A DNA stretch of 64,000 nt, from the IMG/VR virus record IMGVR_UViG_3300034200_001536, positions 1 to 64,000 of that record. One strand, given 5' to 3'. The position numbers and the translations under genes are program-made. Under the pieces are notes generated by a model. The model was not told the DNA's origin, did no database searches, and worked only from the letters and a program-made list of their open reading frames with translations. The stretch is from a virus. This document shows, in pieces, positions 50,381-59,225 of the stretch (its first letter is position 1; each line of letters starts with the position of its first letter).

Positions 50381-52336
50381 ATGGCAGATAATAAAAATAA
50401 ATATAATAGTTTGTCTAAGAAGAATCCGCGGAATAACCAATCTCCTTTATATACAGGATTAACTAAACTGTTTTCTGGCCCTCTAGCCAGCTTCCGTTCA
50501 CAAGCACAAATTCGTTATAAGCGTCGTGATTTAGACCGTTATAAGTTTACTTCCGCCAGTGGTCAAGCCTTTAAGAAAAAGTCCTACAATCCTTTTGAAG
50601 CCATTCAAAGTAACATCATGGCTAATCAAAGCCGTGCTGAACGTTATAGTGATTTTGACCAAATGGAATTCATGCCCGAAATCGCATCAGCGTTAGATAT
50701 TTATGCCGATGAAATGACTACGTGTAATGCTTTTAGACAAGTATTAATAATAGACAGTAAAAATGAAGAAATAAAAAATATTCTTTATAATCTCTATTAT
50801 AATATTCTAAATTTAGAAACAAATTTATTTTCATGGTGTAGAACCATGTGTAAATTTGGCGACTTCTTCCTTTATTTAGACATCGATGAAAAATTAGGAG
50901 TTAAATCTTGTTTAGGTTTACCTTCACCAGAAGTAGAACGTTTAGAAGGAGAAGACGAAAGTAATCCTAATTATGTCCAATTTCAATGGAACAGCGCAGG
51001 ATTAACTTTCGAAAATTGGCAAATTGCACACTTTAGAGTATTAGGACAGGATAAATATGGTCCATATGGTACCTCTATTCTAGAACCAGCTAGACGTATA
51101 TGGCGTCAACTACAATTGATGGAAGATGCAATGATGGCTTATCGTATCGTACGTGCCCCAGACCGTCGTGTATTTTATATTGATGTTGGTAACGTAGCAC
51201 CTGCTGAAGTTGAACAATTCATGCAAAAAATCATTACTCAGATGAAACGTAATCAAATAGTAGACCCTAATACTGGTCGTGTTGATTTACGTTATAATCC
51301 AATGAGTATTGATGAAGATTATTTCTTGCCAGTAAGAGGTACACAAGGCGGAACAAAGATTGACACACTTCCCGGTGGTCAATTCCAAGGTGATATTGAT
51401 GACGTACAATACCTTCGTGATAAATTATTTTCCGCTATTAAAGTTCCTCAAGCATATCTATCCAGTGCTAAGGACAAAGCTCCAGAAGACAAAAGTACAT
51501 TAGCGCAAAAAGATATTCGTTTTGCTCGTACAGTGCAAAGATTGCAAAGAATTATAACTAGTGAACTAGAAAAGATAGGTATCATCCATCTTTATACTCT
51601 TGGTTATCGTAATGAAGATTTATTAAAGTTTAAGGTTAAGCTTAACAATCCATCAAAAATAAGTGAACTACAAGAGATTGAACATTTTAAGGCTCAACTA
51701 GAAGTTGCTGCTGCAGCTAAAGAAAATGGATTCAGCAAACGTTGGATATACGAAAATGTATTCCGTATGAATGATACAGACTTTTTACGTATTCAACGTG
51801 ACTTATACTATGATAAACAAACAGAGAAAGCTATTGAAGCAGGCGAAGTTAGTGATACCGGTACAGTTGGCGGTGGAACTATAACAGCAGACACAGCTGC
51901 AGCAGGCCTAGAAACTTCTGAAGAAGGAGGTGTCACAACTCCAGAAGGAGAAGGTCTAGAAGGCACTGAAGCAGCCCCAGAAGCAACAGAGGGCCCAGAA
52001 AGTAATCTTTTATCAGCCCCAGCAAGAAGAGATGATACATCATATACTACAGTAGGAGCAAAAGGCAAAACATATACACCAGTAAAATACGATAGTCGTC
52101 CAAGCGGTGCACGCTCAAGGCATTTAGAAAAAACTCACACGCCAGAATCTACAACTAGTAAATACAGAAATTTGTTTGCTGGTAGCAAATCATTATCACA
52201 AGCTAGTAAGGGTATATTTAATGAATCATCTGAAGAATTTGAAAGCGATGAAAAAATGTTGATGGACGTAGAAAATAAGCTCCAAATGCTTTCAAAAACA
52301 CTACTTAAAGAAGATAAAGAATCGGAGAATGAATAA
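50381..52336 (+). CDS. gp20: portal protein (T4 gp20-like)
   Basis: QLQLMEDAMMAYRIVRAPDRRVFYIDVG, EDYFLPVR, TLPGG. Confidence 0.95.
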   Translation: MADNKNKYNSLSKKNPRNNQSPLYTGLTKLFSGPLASFRSQAQIRYKRRDLDRYKFTSASGQAFKKKSYNPFEAIQSNIMANQSRAERYSDFDQMEFMPEIASALDIYADEMTTCNAFRQVLIIDSKNEEIKNILYNLYYNILNLETNLFSWCRTMCKFGDFFLYLDIDEKLGVKSCLGLPSPEVERLEGEDESNPNYVQFQWNSAGLTFENWQIAHFRVLGQDKYGPYGTSILEPARRIWRQLQLMEDAMMAYRIVRAPDRRVFYIDVGNVAPAEVEQFMQKIITQMKRNQIVDPNTGRVDLRYNPMSIDEDYFLPVRGTQGGTKIDTLPGGQFQGDIDDVQYLRDKLFSAIKVPQAYLSSAKDKAPEDKSTLAQKDIRFARTVQRLQRIITSELEKIGIIHLYTLGYRNEDLLKFKVKLNNPSKISELQEIEHFKAQLEVAAAAKENGFSKRWIYENVFRMNDTDFLRIQRDLYYDKQTEKAIEAGEVSDTGTVGGGTITADTAAAGLETSEEGGVTTPEGEGLEGTEAAPEATEGPESNLLSAPARRDDTSYTTVGAKGKTYTPVKYDSRPSGARSRHLEKTHTPESTTSKYRNLFAGSKSLSQASKGIFNESSEEFESDEKMLMDVENKLQMLSKTLLKEDKESENE

Positions 52337-53150
52337 AATGAAACATAATAAGAAAAGAAATACCGCTTTTCTTTACGAAATTCTTTTACGTGAAGGCACA
52401 AAGGCATCTTTAGAAAAAGATATTGACCGTTTAAAAACAATTAAAACTTTAATAGTTGAATACTTTCATCCACAAGCAGTATTAGGCTATGAGCTATCTC
52501 TTTATAAAGCTCTTCGTTCTTCAGAAATAGATAAGTCTATTGGTGAAAAGTATTTAACCGAAGTTAAAAACCGTCATAATAATATTGATAAACGCCTATT
52601 ATTTAATGAACAAACAAAATTAATTAACAAGATTAATAAATCTTTAGGTGCAGAAGTATATAACAATTTTGTTCCTTATTATAAAGACTTAGCAACAATA
52701 GCGCAAATCTTTAATGACACGACTTCAATAAAAGAAAAAATTCTTCTTGAGCAAGCATTATTGAAAGATTTGCAAACTTTAAATGAAAACGGCAAACAAG
52801 AATTAAAACCTATAGATGCTATTGTATATAAAACATTCGTTAAGAAATTTAATGATAAGTATTCTAGTTTGTTATCAGAACAAAAAGATTTACTAACAAA
52901 ATATGTTAGTTCTTTTGCTGATAATAATTTAGAACTTAAATTATATTTAAATGAAGAAATAGACAGATTAAAAGCAAGAATTAATTCTGCATTACAACTA
53001 GAAGAAATTAAAGTTGATAATAGAATGCAAGAAAAAACTAAAAAATTGTTATCCGTTCTTCAAGAATTTAAATCTAAAAAAGATTTAACACCTGATATGC
53101 TAGAAAATGTATTAAAAATACAACAATTTGTTCATGAGGTAGAAAGTTAA
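52329..53150 (+). CDS. hypothetical head-module protein
   Basis: MKHNKKRNTAFLYEILLRE; overlaps portal stop. Confidence 0.7.
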   Translation: MNKMKHNKKRNTAFLYEILLREGTKASLEKDIDRLKTIKTLIVEYFHPQAVLGYELSLYKALRSSEIDKSIGEKYLTEVKNRHNNIDKRLLFNEQTKLINKINKSLGAEVYNNFVPYYKDLATIAQIFNDTTSIKEKILLEQALLKDLQTLNENGKQELKPIDAIVYKTFVKKFNDKYSSLLSEQKDLLTKYVSSFADNNLELKLYLNEEIDRLKARINSALQLEEIKVDNRMQEKTKKLLSVLQEFKSKKDLTPDMLENVLKIQQFVHEVES

Positions 53151-53671
53151 TGCTTAAAATTATTGTTAAAGGTACAACTGGCGAACAAAAAGAAGTAAAT
53201 ATTCGCAAAACACTTTCTGGAGATTTAATGTTGAGAGAACATCCAGAAATTGATATTATTGTTATACCTGAAAAACAAAAAGTATTAGTTTTACCAAAAG
53301 ATGAACAAAATGACCACGTATATAAATTACAAGAACTTTTATTTAAATATATGATTCAAAAAGGAGTAATATTACCAGAAAGCGTATTTGCTGGTAACGT
53401 TTATGGTTCTTTGCAAGGTAACTATCCTCAACAAACCCCAGATGGCGTAGACTCTTTACAAGTTGTTATATACAATCTTGCTAATTTTATTGAAGAAGAG
53501 CGTCCTAAGTACGAATATGAAAAAGCTTACGAAGAACAAATGGAACAAGAACTTCTTGTTCCTGATACAGAAGATTCTACAGAACTAGGCGAAGTACCAC
53601 AAGAACCATTCAAGGGTTCTATACCAAAATATGGCTTCCCAACCCGTGGTATTTATCGTTACAATTATTAG
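53150..53671 (+). CDS. hypothetical head-module protein
   Basis: TAATG coupling; 173 aa. Confidence 0.7.
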   Translation: MLKIIVKGTTGEQKEVNIRKTLSGDLMLREHPEIDIIVIPEKQKVLVLPKDEQNDHVYKLQELLFKYMIQKGVILPESVFAGNVYGSLQGNYPQQTPDGVDSLQVVIYNLANFIEEERPKYEYEKAYEEQMEQELLVPDTEDSTELGEVPQEPFKGSIPKYGFPTRGIYRYNY

Positions 53672-53682
53672 GATACTTTATA

Positions 53683-54486
53683 ATGAAATTAATAAAAGAA
53701 AACTCTCAATTAATATTGGAATATTCTTCCTTACAAGAAGCGTGGTATCACTATTTATCTGGAGTTGGCGGTGCAGTTTCACAAGAAATTAAAGATTTAA
53801 TTGATAAATCAAAATTATTACCTAAAGATGAGCAAGACAAAGTTTTAAATTTTTTAAATAAAGCACATGCCGCAAAAAAAGCAGGTAATAAAGAAGAATA
53901 TCTTAAATATATAGGTATGGCCGTGCAGGCAACAAGACAAGAAATGGCTTTGGGAATACAACAACGTCAATCTAAAAAAATCGTTCCCCCGTCCCCACCC
54001 CCTGAAGCATACGATGATGTTTTAGAATTAAACGAGGAAATAAAAATGAAAATTACACAACAACAATTGAAGCAAATTATCAACGAAGAAATTAACAAAA
54101 TGTCTGAAGAAGGTGAATTAGACGAATTTTTAAATTATTTTAAAGGTGCTGGTGGAGCAGCTGTAGGTGACGTTGGCGGTGCAATAAAAAGAGGAGCAGA
54201 AAAAGTAGCTGCTAAAGCTGGCGAGTATCACAAAGCAGGTCAAACCGCCAGCGTTAAAGCAGATGTAGCTAAATCTTTAAGTCGCCTACAAATAAGTATG
54301 ACTAAAATGAAAACAGACATTGATAATTTACAACAACGTGCTGTAAAACTAGGTCTAAATCTAGGATTAGATAAGATTGCTAACCAAATTAAAAACCAAA
54401 TTGAACCAGCGGTCGTTGCTGCAGCAAAAAGATTAGGCTCCGCACAATCATCACCAGTTACCGAAAAAATAGATGAAAGCAAATAG
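53683..54486 (+). CDS. hypothetical protein with probable internal start at 54046
   Basis: Internal GAGGA RBS then MKITQQQLKQIINEEI. Confidence 0.65.
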   Translation: MKLIKENSQLILEYSSLQEAWYHYLSGVGGAVSQEIKDLIDKSKLLPKDEQDKVLNFLNKAHAAKKAGNKEEYLKYIGMAVQATRQEMALGIQQRQSKKIVPPSPPPEAYDDVLELNEEIKMKITQQQLKQIINEEINKMSEEGELDEFLNYFKGAGGAAVGDVGGAIKRGAEKVAAKAGEYHKAGQTASVKADVAKSLSRLQISMTKMKTDIDNLQQRAVKLGLNLGLDKIANQIKNQIEPAVVAAAKRLGSAQSSPVTEKIDESK

Positions 54487-54988
54487 ACAAATACTTTTAC
54501 AATTAATCTTAGAAGTATTAAGTGAAGAAGATATCCGTGATAAGTACGGATATCTTATAGCTACAGATGTTCCAAAATTAAAAAAAGATAAATATCAAAT
54601 TTCTGATAAAGAAATAGTTTTTATCTTGCAGCCACTTATTTCGTTTGTTAATCAAGAATACCCTAAAATTTCTAATGAAGTTTTACGAGAAATGATAGAG
54701 GATTTAGTAAATATAAAAAAACTAAATCCAGAATTAGAAAAAGCAGTAGGAATATTTAATAAAAAATATGATTCTGCTTTTTCTGTCAAACAAATAAAAA
54801 ACATGATGCTTGTTTTTAAAGTAGCTGACAATTTAAGAGGCGTGCATAATTTGATAAATTTCTATGAACAAGTTACTAAAAGAGAAAAAATAAATTTATC
54901 TTCTTATCAACCTTCAAAAGAAATTCCTAGAGAACCAACACAAAAACTTAAAGAAAAGAAAGTTAGAGTAAGATATAAATGCAATTAA
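54473..54988 (+). CDS. hypothetical protein with related MK..LxQLILE leader
   Basis: MKANRQILLQLILEVLSEE. Confidence 0.65.
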   Translation: MKANRQILLQLILEVLSEEDIRDKYGYLIATDVPKLKKDKYQISDKEIVFILQPLISFVNQEYPKISNEVLREMIEDLVNIKKLNPELEKAVGIFNKKYDSAFSVKQIKNMMLVFKVADNLRGVHNLINFYEQVTKREKINLSSYQPSKEIPREPTQKLKEKKVRVRYKCN

Positions 54989-55245
54989 TAACTTTTATAT
55001 TAGCTTGTTATGGCATGACAATGATAGTTGTATATGGAAAAATATTTGAACCTATTAGACCAAATCACTACTTCTTTCGCTGCACAATGTGTATGGGATT
55101 TTGGATAGGATTATTTAATTGTTTTATGATTGAATTGCCCTTTAACGCTTTTACATCTGGCTGTATAAGTGCAGGAACATCTTATTTTTTAAGCCGCCTT
55201 GTTGATGATGATGGTATACTAATAAAATTGAAGAAAAGCAATTAA
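54979..55245 (+). CDS. small membrane protein with CxxC (DUF1360-like)
   Basis: Hydrophobic helices and FRCTMCMGFWIG. Confidence 0.6.
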   Translation: MQLITFILACYGMTMIVVYGKIFEPIRPNHYFFRCTMCMGFWIGLFNCFMIELPFNAFTSGCISAGTSYFLSRLVDDDGILIKLKKSN

Positions 55246-55249
55246 AACG

Positions 55250-55258
55250 ACTATTTAT
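55250..55258 (+). promoter_or_regulatory. putative late promoter ACTATTTAT
   Basis: Recurrent motif followed by GGAGGTG RBS. Confidence 0.65.
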
Positions 55259-55279
55259 AATTGATTGGAGGTGTTGCTT

Positions 55280-55351
55280 ATGAGAGAACAGATTATTTAC
55301 ACAAGACGTTACTTATTGCAACCCGTTAGACGTTGCTGCAACGGTAGCTGA
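55280..55351 (+). CDS. 23-aa peptide MREQIIYTRRYLLQPVRRCCNGS (not in ORF track)
   Basis: Strong RBS GGAGGTG at correct spacing, upstream promoter motif and downstream hairpin. Confidence 0.6.
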   Translation: MREQIIYTRRYLLQPVRRCCNGS

Positions 55352-55355
55352 ATTT

Positions 55356-55381
55356 AGCCCCGATGAAATATTCGGGGCTTT
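55356..55381 (+). terminator. GC-rich hairpin, weak terminator or processing site
   Basis: AGCCCCGA-tgaaatat-TCGGGGCT followed by a short T run. Confidence 0.55.
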
Positions 55382-55398
55382 AACCTTTATACAAAACT

Positions 55399-56010
55399 AT
55401 GTCAAAAGAATTACTTAGAGAATGGTACGAATTATGCGAAGGTGGCGTTTGTCAAGACTTATTGACAGAGGCTGAGAAACTTCATGTTAAAAACGGTGGA
55501 TTGATGCTTACGGGTGTCATGCAAAGAGCCGATAAAGAAAACGGTAATGGTCGTGTTTACGGCAAAACTATTTTAGAACGTGAAATAGAAAATTATAAAA
55601 AGCTTGTTGAAGACCGTAGGGCTTTAGGCGAATTAGACCATCCAGAAGATTCCGTAGTTAATCTTAAAAATGTTTCACATATGGTTACAGGTATTTGGTG
55701 GGATGGCGATGCAGTAATGGGAAAAGTTAAGGTTTTAGACACCCCATCAGGAAAAATTCTTCGTTCTCTAGTGGAAAGCGGCGTAAAACTTGGTATTTCT
55801 AGCCGTGGTTTAGGTAGCACACGTAAAGAAATGGGAAAAACCATTGTAGAAGATGATTTTCAGTTAATCTGCTTTGATTTCGTTCAAGAACCAAGCACTC
55901 CCGGCGCATTTATGATGAGTGAAGGCAAAAAACGCACTCTAGACCCAAAAGTTATTTGGTCAAAAGCTGACCGCTTAAACAGATTACTCAACGATATCGT
56001 AAAAGGATAA
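55399..56010 (+). CDS. gp21: prohead protease (T4 gp21-like)
   Basis: NGNGRVY, GELDHP, LGISSRGLGS, FDFVQEPS. Confidence 0.93.
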   Translation: MSKELLREWYELCEGGVCQDLLTEAEKLHVKNGGLMLTGVMQRADKENGNGRVYGKTILEREIENYKKLVEDRRALGELDHPEDSVVNLKNVSHMVTGIWWDGDAVMGKVKVLDTPSGKILRSLVESGVKLGISSRGLGSTRKEMGKTIVEDDFQLICFDFVQEPSTPGAFMMSEGKKRTLDPKVIWSKADRLNRLLNDIVKG

Positions 56011-56017
56011 AACTAAA

Positions 56018-56419
56018 ATGTCGGAATTTCAATATAAAGCAGGATTAAATCACGTTGGCAGCTATCAAATAAGTGGAATACCATATGTAACTGGCGGCTT
56101 AACAGCGCCAACCGGTTCTGGAACTCCTATTTCTATTGATTTTCCAAGTGTTACACAATTTATAACCGTTACAAATGGTTCTACAGTTGCTAGTAACGCC
56201 TATCTTAGAATTGGATATAGCTTAAGCGGTACTCAGGGAACAAACTATACTTTAGTTCCTCCAATGTCTTCTATAACTTATGAAGTAAGAGCAACAAAAT
56301 TATTTTTGCTAGGTAACACATCGGCAATTACAGGTCTAGTAAGCGTTGCAGCAGGACTCACAGGAATTACCGGTTATGATTTAGCAACTATTTATTCTGG
56401 CAGTAACGGAATCGGATAA
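56018..56419 (+). CDS. small virion protein
   Basis: GLNHVGSYQISGIPYVTG; S/T/G-rich beta protein. Confidence 0.65.
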   Translation: MSEFQYKAGLNHVGSYQISGIPYVTGGLTAPTGSGTPISIDFPSVTQFITVTNGSTVASNAYLRIGYSLSGTQGTNYTLVPPMSSITYEVRATKLFLLGNTSAITGLVSVAAGLTGITGYDLATIYSGSNGIG

Positions 56420-56427
56420 CATAAATA

Positions 56428-58293
56428 ATGAGTACCCTTATAGATTGCGCTGATACTTTAAATTGTGCTACGTTATCCGGAAGCGATAACGTTAATGTTG
56501 CTTTTCAGGCAGGCGTTCCAAATAAAATTGTTGTTTCTTTATCACAATCAGTTGTTGGATTATCTAAATTAGAAGTTACCGGAAATGCGATTATATCTAA
56601 TAATAGTTCTAATGCGGCACTCCGTATAACACAAACAGGAGCCGGCGAAGCCATACGTGTTGAAGATAGTGCTAATCCCGATAGCACACCATTTGTTGTA
56701 AGTTCCGTTGGTAATGTTGGTATTGGTACATCATCTCCAAGTGAAAAACTAGAGGTTAGCAATCCAACGGACTATTGTGCAATTCGCGTATCAGCAAACC
56801 CAACTGTCAACACGGCTAATGAAGCACAAGTTCATCTTAATAGTGGCTTAAACGGTTATACAAGACTTTTTTATCGTGAATCAGATAAAGCTTTTGGTAT
56901 TTACCATAGTGGTACCGCAGGTCCAGCAACAAAGTTCCGTATTAATGACAGTGGTATGTCGCTTATGGAAGGAGGCGGAAATGTTGGTGTTGGTGTTCAA
57001 TCACCGGCACAAAAATTAGATATTCGTGGTGGGACAGAAGTAAATGCTCAAGTGTATGCTGATAGTGCTGGTGCAACAAGAGCAGATTTGCGTTTACGTG
57101 TTAATAATACCACTGGTGACAACTATATTACTTTTGGTGATTCAACTGCTTTTGATGTAGGAAGAATACAATATAATCATAATTCTGATTATATGGCCTT
57201 TTATGTTAATTCATCAGAAGATATGAGAATTACATCAAATGGGAATGTTGGTATTGGAACAGCTACTCCTCAAAGCATACTACACATAGAAGCAAATGGT
57301 TATACAAATCAAACTATAAGAAGTGCAGGTGCCTTCGCTGGTTCATATATATTAGCTCAACGGTCTAAGGGCACTTTAGAATCTAAAACCGCTTTAGGAA
57401 TCGATGATTACGCTGGTGGTTTGTTGTTTTCTGGATATGATGGAACTAATTTTATAAATCTTGCCGGTGTGTATGGAATAGTTAATGGAACTCCCGGCAC
57501 TAATGATATGCCGGGTGCTTTAGCATTTTCTACTACAGCCGATGGAAGTAGTACGATTACTGAAAGAATGAGAATTGACAATACGGGTAGTGTTGGTATT
57601 GGAACTGCAACCCCATCCACGAAGTTGCATGTTAGAGGCGATGTATCTGTTGAAGACACAAATCCAACTGTATCTTTTAAAAACACTTCTGGTAATCAAA
57701 TAGGCTCTTTGGCGCACAATGGCTCTGGTGGCCGTATGGATTTAATAAATGAAGAAGCTAATTTATTAAGACTTGGAACTAACGGAGGGCCATTAGTATA
57801 TATTGCTTCTTCTAACGTTGGTATAAATATTGATACGCCAACTCAAACATTAGATATTAATGGAACTTTAAGAATTAGAAACTTAGTAGCAGGTACCAAT
57901 ACTGCTCCCGGTAGAGCGGCCACTGGTGAAATAACAGCTTTAAGTTCCGATAAAAGATTAAAAAAAGATATTTCAATTCTTTCTGATTCTCTTAATAAAG
58001 TTAAAAATTTAAGAGGTGTTACATTTAAATGGGATAAAACAAATGAACCTGACTTCATTATCGACGATTCAGAAAAAGAAAAAGAACAAATTGGTTTAAT
58101 AGCGCAAGAAGTGGAAGCAGTATATCCACAATTAGTTTATTTAAATGGCGTTAAAGATTATAAAGGTGTAAGATACCCAGAACTTACTGCTGTATTAATT
58201 GAGGCTGTTAAAGAATTATCGTCACTTAACGATGAATTAAAACAAAAATTAGATGATGTAATGACAAGAATATCTGCTTTAGAAAATAAATAG
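56428..58293 (+). CDS. fibre protein with C-terminal intramolecular chaperone (peptidase S74)
   Basis: Repeated GNVGIGTxxP..KL units; SSDKRLKKDI, GVTFKW, IGLIAQEVE, LIEAVKEL. Confidence 0.88.
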   Translation: MSTLIDCADTLNCATLSGSDNVNVAFQAGVPNKIVVSLSQSVVGLSKLEVTGNAIISNNSSNAALRITQTGAGEAIRVEDSANPDSTPFVVSSVGNVGIGTSSPSEKLEVSNPTDYCAIRVSANPTVNTANEAQVHLNSGLNGYTRLFYRESDKAFGIYHSGTAGPATKFRINDSGMSLMEGGGNVGVGVQSPAQKLDIRGGTEVNAQVYADSAGATRADLRLRVNNTTGDNYITFGDSTAFDVGRIQYNHNSDYMAFYVNSSEDMRITSNGNVGIGTATPQSILHIEANGYTNQTIRSAGAFAGSYILAQRSKGTLESKTALGIDDYAGGLLFSGYDGTNFINLAGVYGIVNGTPGTNDMPGALAFSTTADGSSTITERMRIDNTGSVGIGTATPSTKLHVRGDVSVEDTNPTVSFKNTSGNQIGSLAHNGSGGRMDLINEEANLLRLGTNGGPLVYIASSNVGINIDTPTQTLDINGTLRIRNLVAGTNTAPGRAATGEITALSSDKRLKKDISILSDSLNKVKNLRGVTFKWDKTNEPDFIIDDSEKEKEQIGLIAQEVEAVYPQLVYLNGVKDYKGVRYPELTAVLIEAVKELSSLNDELKQKLDDVMTRISALENK

Positions 58294-58298
58294 ATATC

Positions 58299-58427
58299 AT
58301 GAAAATTTTAACAACCGTAACAGCATCAGCGGGTTTAGACGTATCTTCGACTAATACGGATACTATAAAATTAGGTAGTTCTAATACAAATTATCAAAAT
58401 TCATTAAACAATAACATTTCTTCATAA
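58299..58427 (+). pseudogene. 42-aa ORF, probable truncated fibre-family paralogue
   Basis: MKILTTVTASAGLDV resembles LKILTVLTASQ (34029) and IKVLSNLTASQ (36443). Confidence 0.4.
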
Positions 58428-58433
58428 TAGAAT

Positions 58434-58442
58434 ACTATATAT
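58434..58442 (+). promoter_or_regulatory. putative late promoter variant ACTATATAT
   Basis: One mismatch to the motif; GAGGA RBS downstream. Confidence 0.45.
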
Positions 58443-58455
58443 ATCGTGAGGATAT

Positions 58456-58845
58456 ATGAAAAAAGAACAACTAAAACAAATTATAAAACCATTAATAAAA
58501 GAATGCCTTATGGAAGTTCTTGTAGAAGAAGGTTTTACAAAAATGTTATCAGAGTCTATTAAACAGCCAACTATAGTTCAACAAACAAGAACAATAGAAA
58601 AAGATATAAATCAACAGTCTGTAACACAAAAAAAATCAATAACAGAATTACAAGAAGCAAAGAAAAAAATGTTAGATGCAATAGGTAATTCTGGCTTTGA
58701 TGTCTTTGCCGGTACTCAACCGTTAAAAGAAGACCAAGAGATTGTTAATAGCGACCCCGGTATAGATATTAGCAAATTATTAGAAAATAAACAAGTTTGG
58801 AAACAAACATTAAATGCCATGAATGGCAAGAAAGTAAAAGAGTAA
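58456..58845 (+). CDS. hypothetical head-module protein with LKQIIK leader
   Basis: MKKEQLKQIIKPLIKECLMEVLVEE. Confidence 0.7.
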   Translation: MKKEQLKQIIKPLIKECLMEVLVEEGFTKMLSESIKQPTIVQQTRTIEKDINQQSVTQKKSITELQEAKKKMLDAIGNSGFDVFAGTQPLKEDQEIVNSDPGIDISKLLENKQVWKQTLNAMNGKKVKE

Positions 58846-58848
58846 CAA

Positions 58849-59154
58849 ATGAGTAAGCGTCCTGTAAATTTAGAAACAAGATTACCAAAAGGTTTACAAC
58901 CATCATTAGAAAATAATGAATTATTGATTAATAGATTTTTAAAAGCTTGCAGCAAAGAATCCCTAACACAGTATCTTTATGATTATTCTGCTTATACAAG
59001 ACGATTTGACAAGCCCAGCGTATTAGAACGTCAACGTCAATTACAATATAAGCGTAATGCTAAAAAAGCAAATCAATTATTGATGACTGACCCTGAAGTT
59101 TCCACAAAAAAGAAAAAGAAAAAGCCTGCTAAACGTGCAGAATCAGCACAATAA
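58849..59154 (+). CDS. rpsU: phage-encoded ribosomal protein bS21 homologue (divergent)
   Basis: ELLINRFLKACSKESL...RRFDKPSVLERQRQ aligns by eye with bS21 ALRRFKR.C.K.G....RE.YEKPS..RK.K; basic C-terminus; adjacent to scaffold and capsid genes. Confidence 0.7.
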   Translation: MSKRPVNLETRLPKGLQPSLENNELLINRFLKACSKESLTQYLYDYSAYTRRFDKPSVLERQRQLQYKRNAKKANQLLMTDPEVSTKKKKKKPAKRAESAQ

Positions 59155-59170
59155 TTGTCATTTCAGTGCA

Positions 59171-59199
59171 ATTAATACTAATTAAGTAAAAGTATTAAT
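59171..59199 (+). promoter_or_regulatory. late promoter ACTAATTAA within a 9-bp inverted repeat
   Basis: ATTAATACT-N11-AGTATTAAT. Confidence 0.6.
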
Positions 59200-59225
59200 C
59201 TTTTTCCTGCATACAGGAGATATTC

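Noticed and set aside
55349-55379. UGA followed closely by a stem-loop as a possible selenocysteine (SECIS) signal
   Set aside because: Read-through adds only U-I before TAG, gives no CxxU motif, and the stem looks like an ordinary terminator-type hairpin
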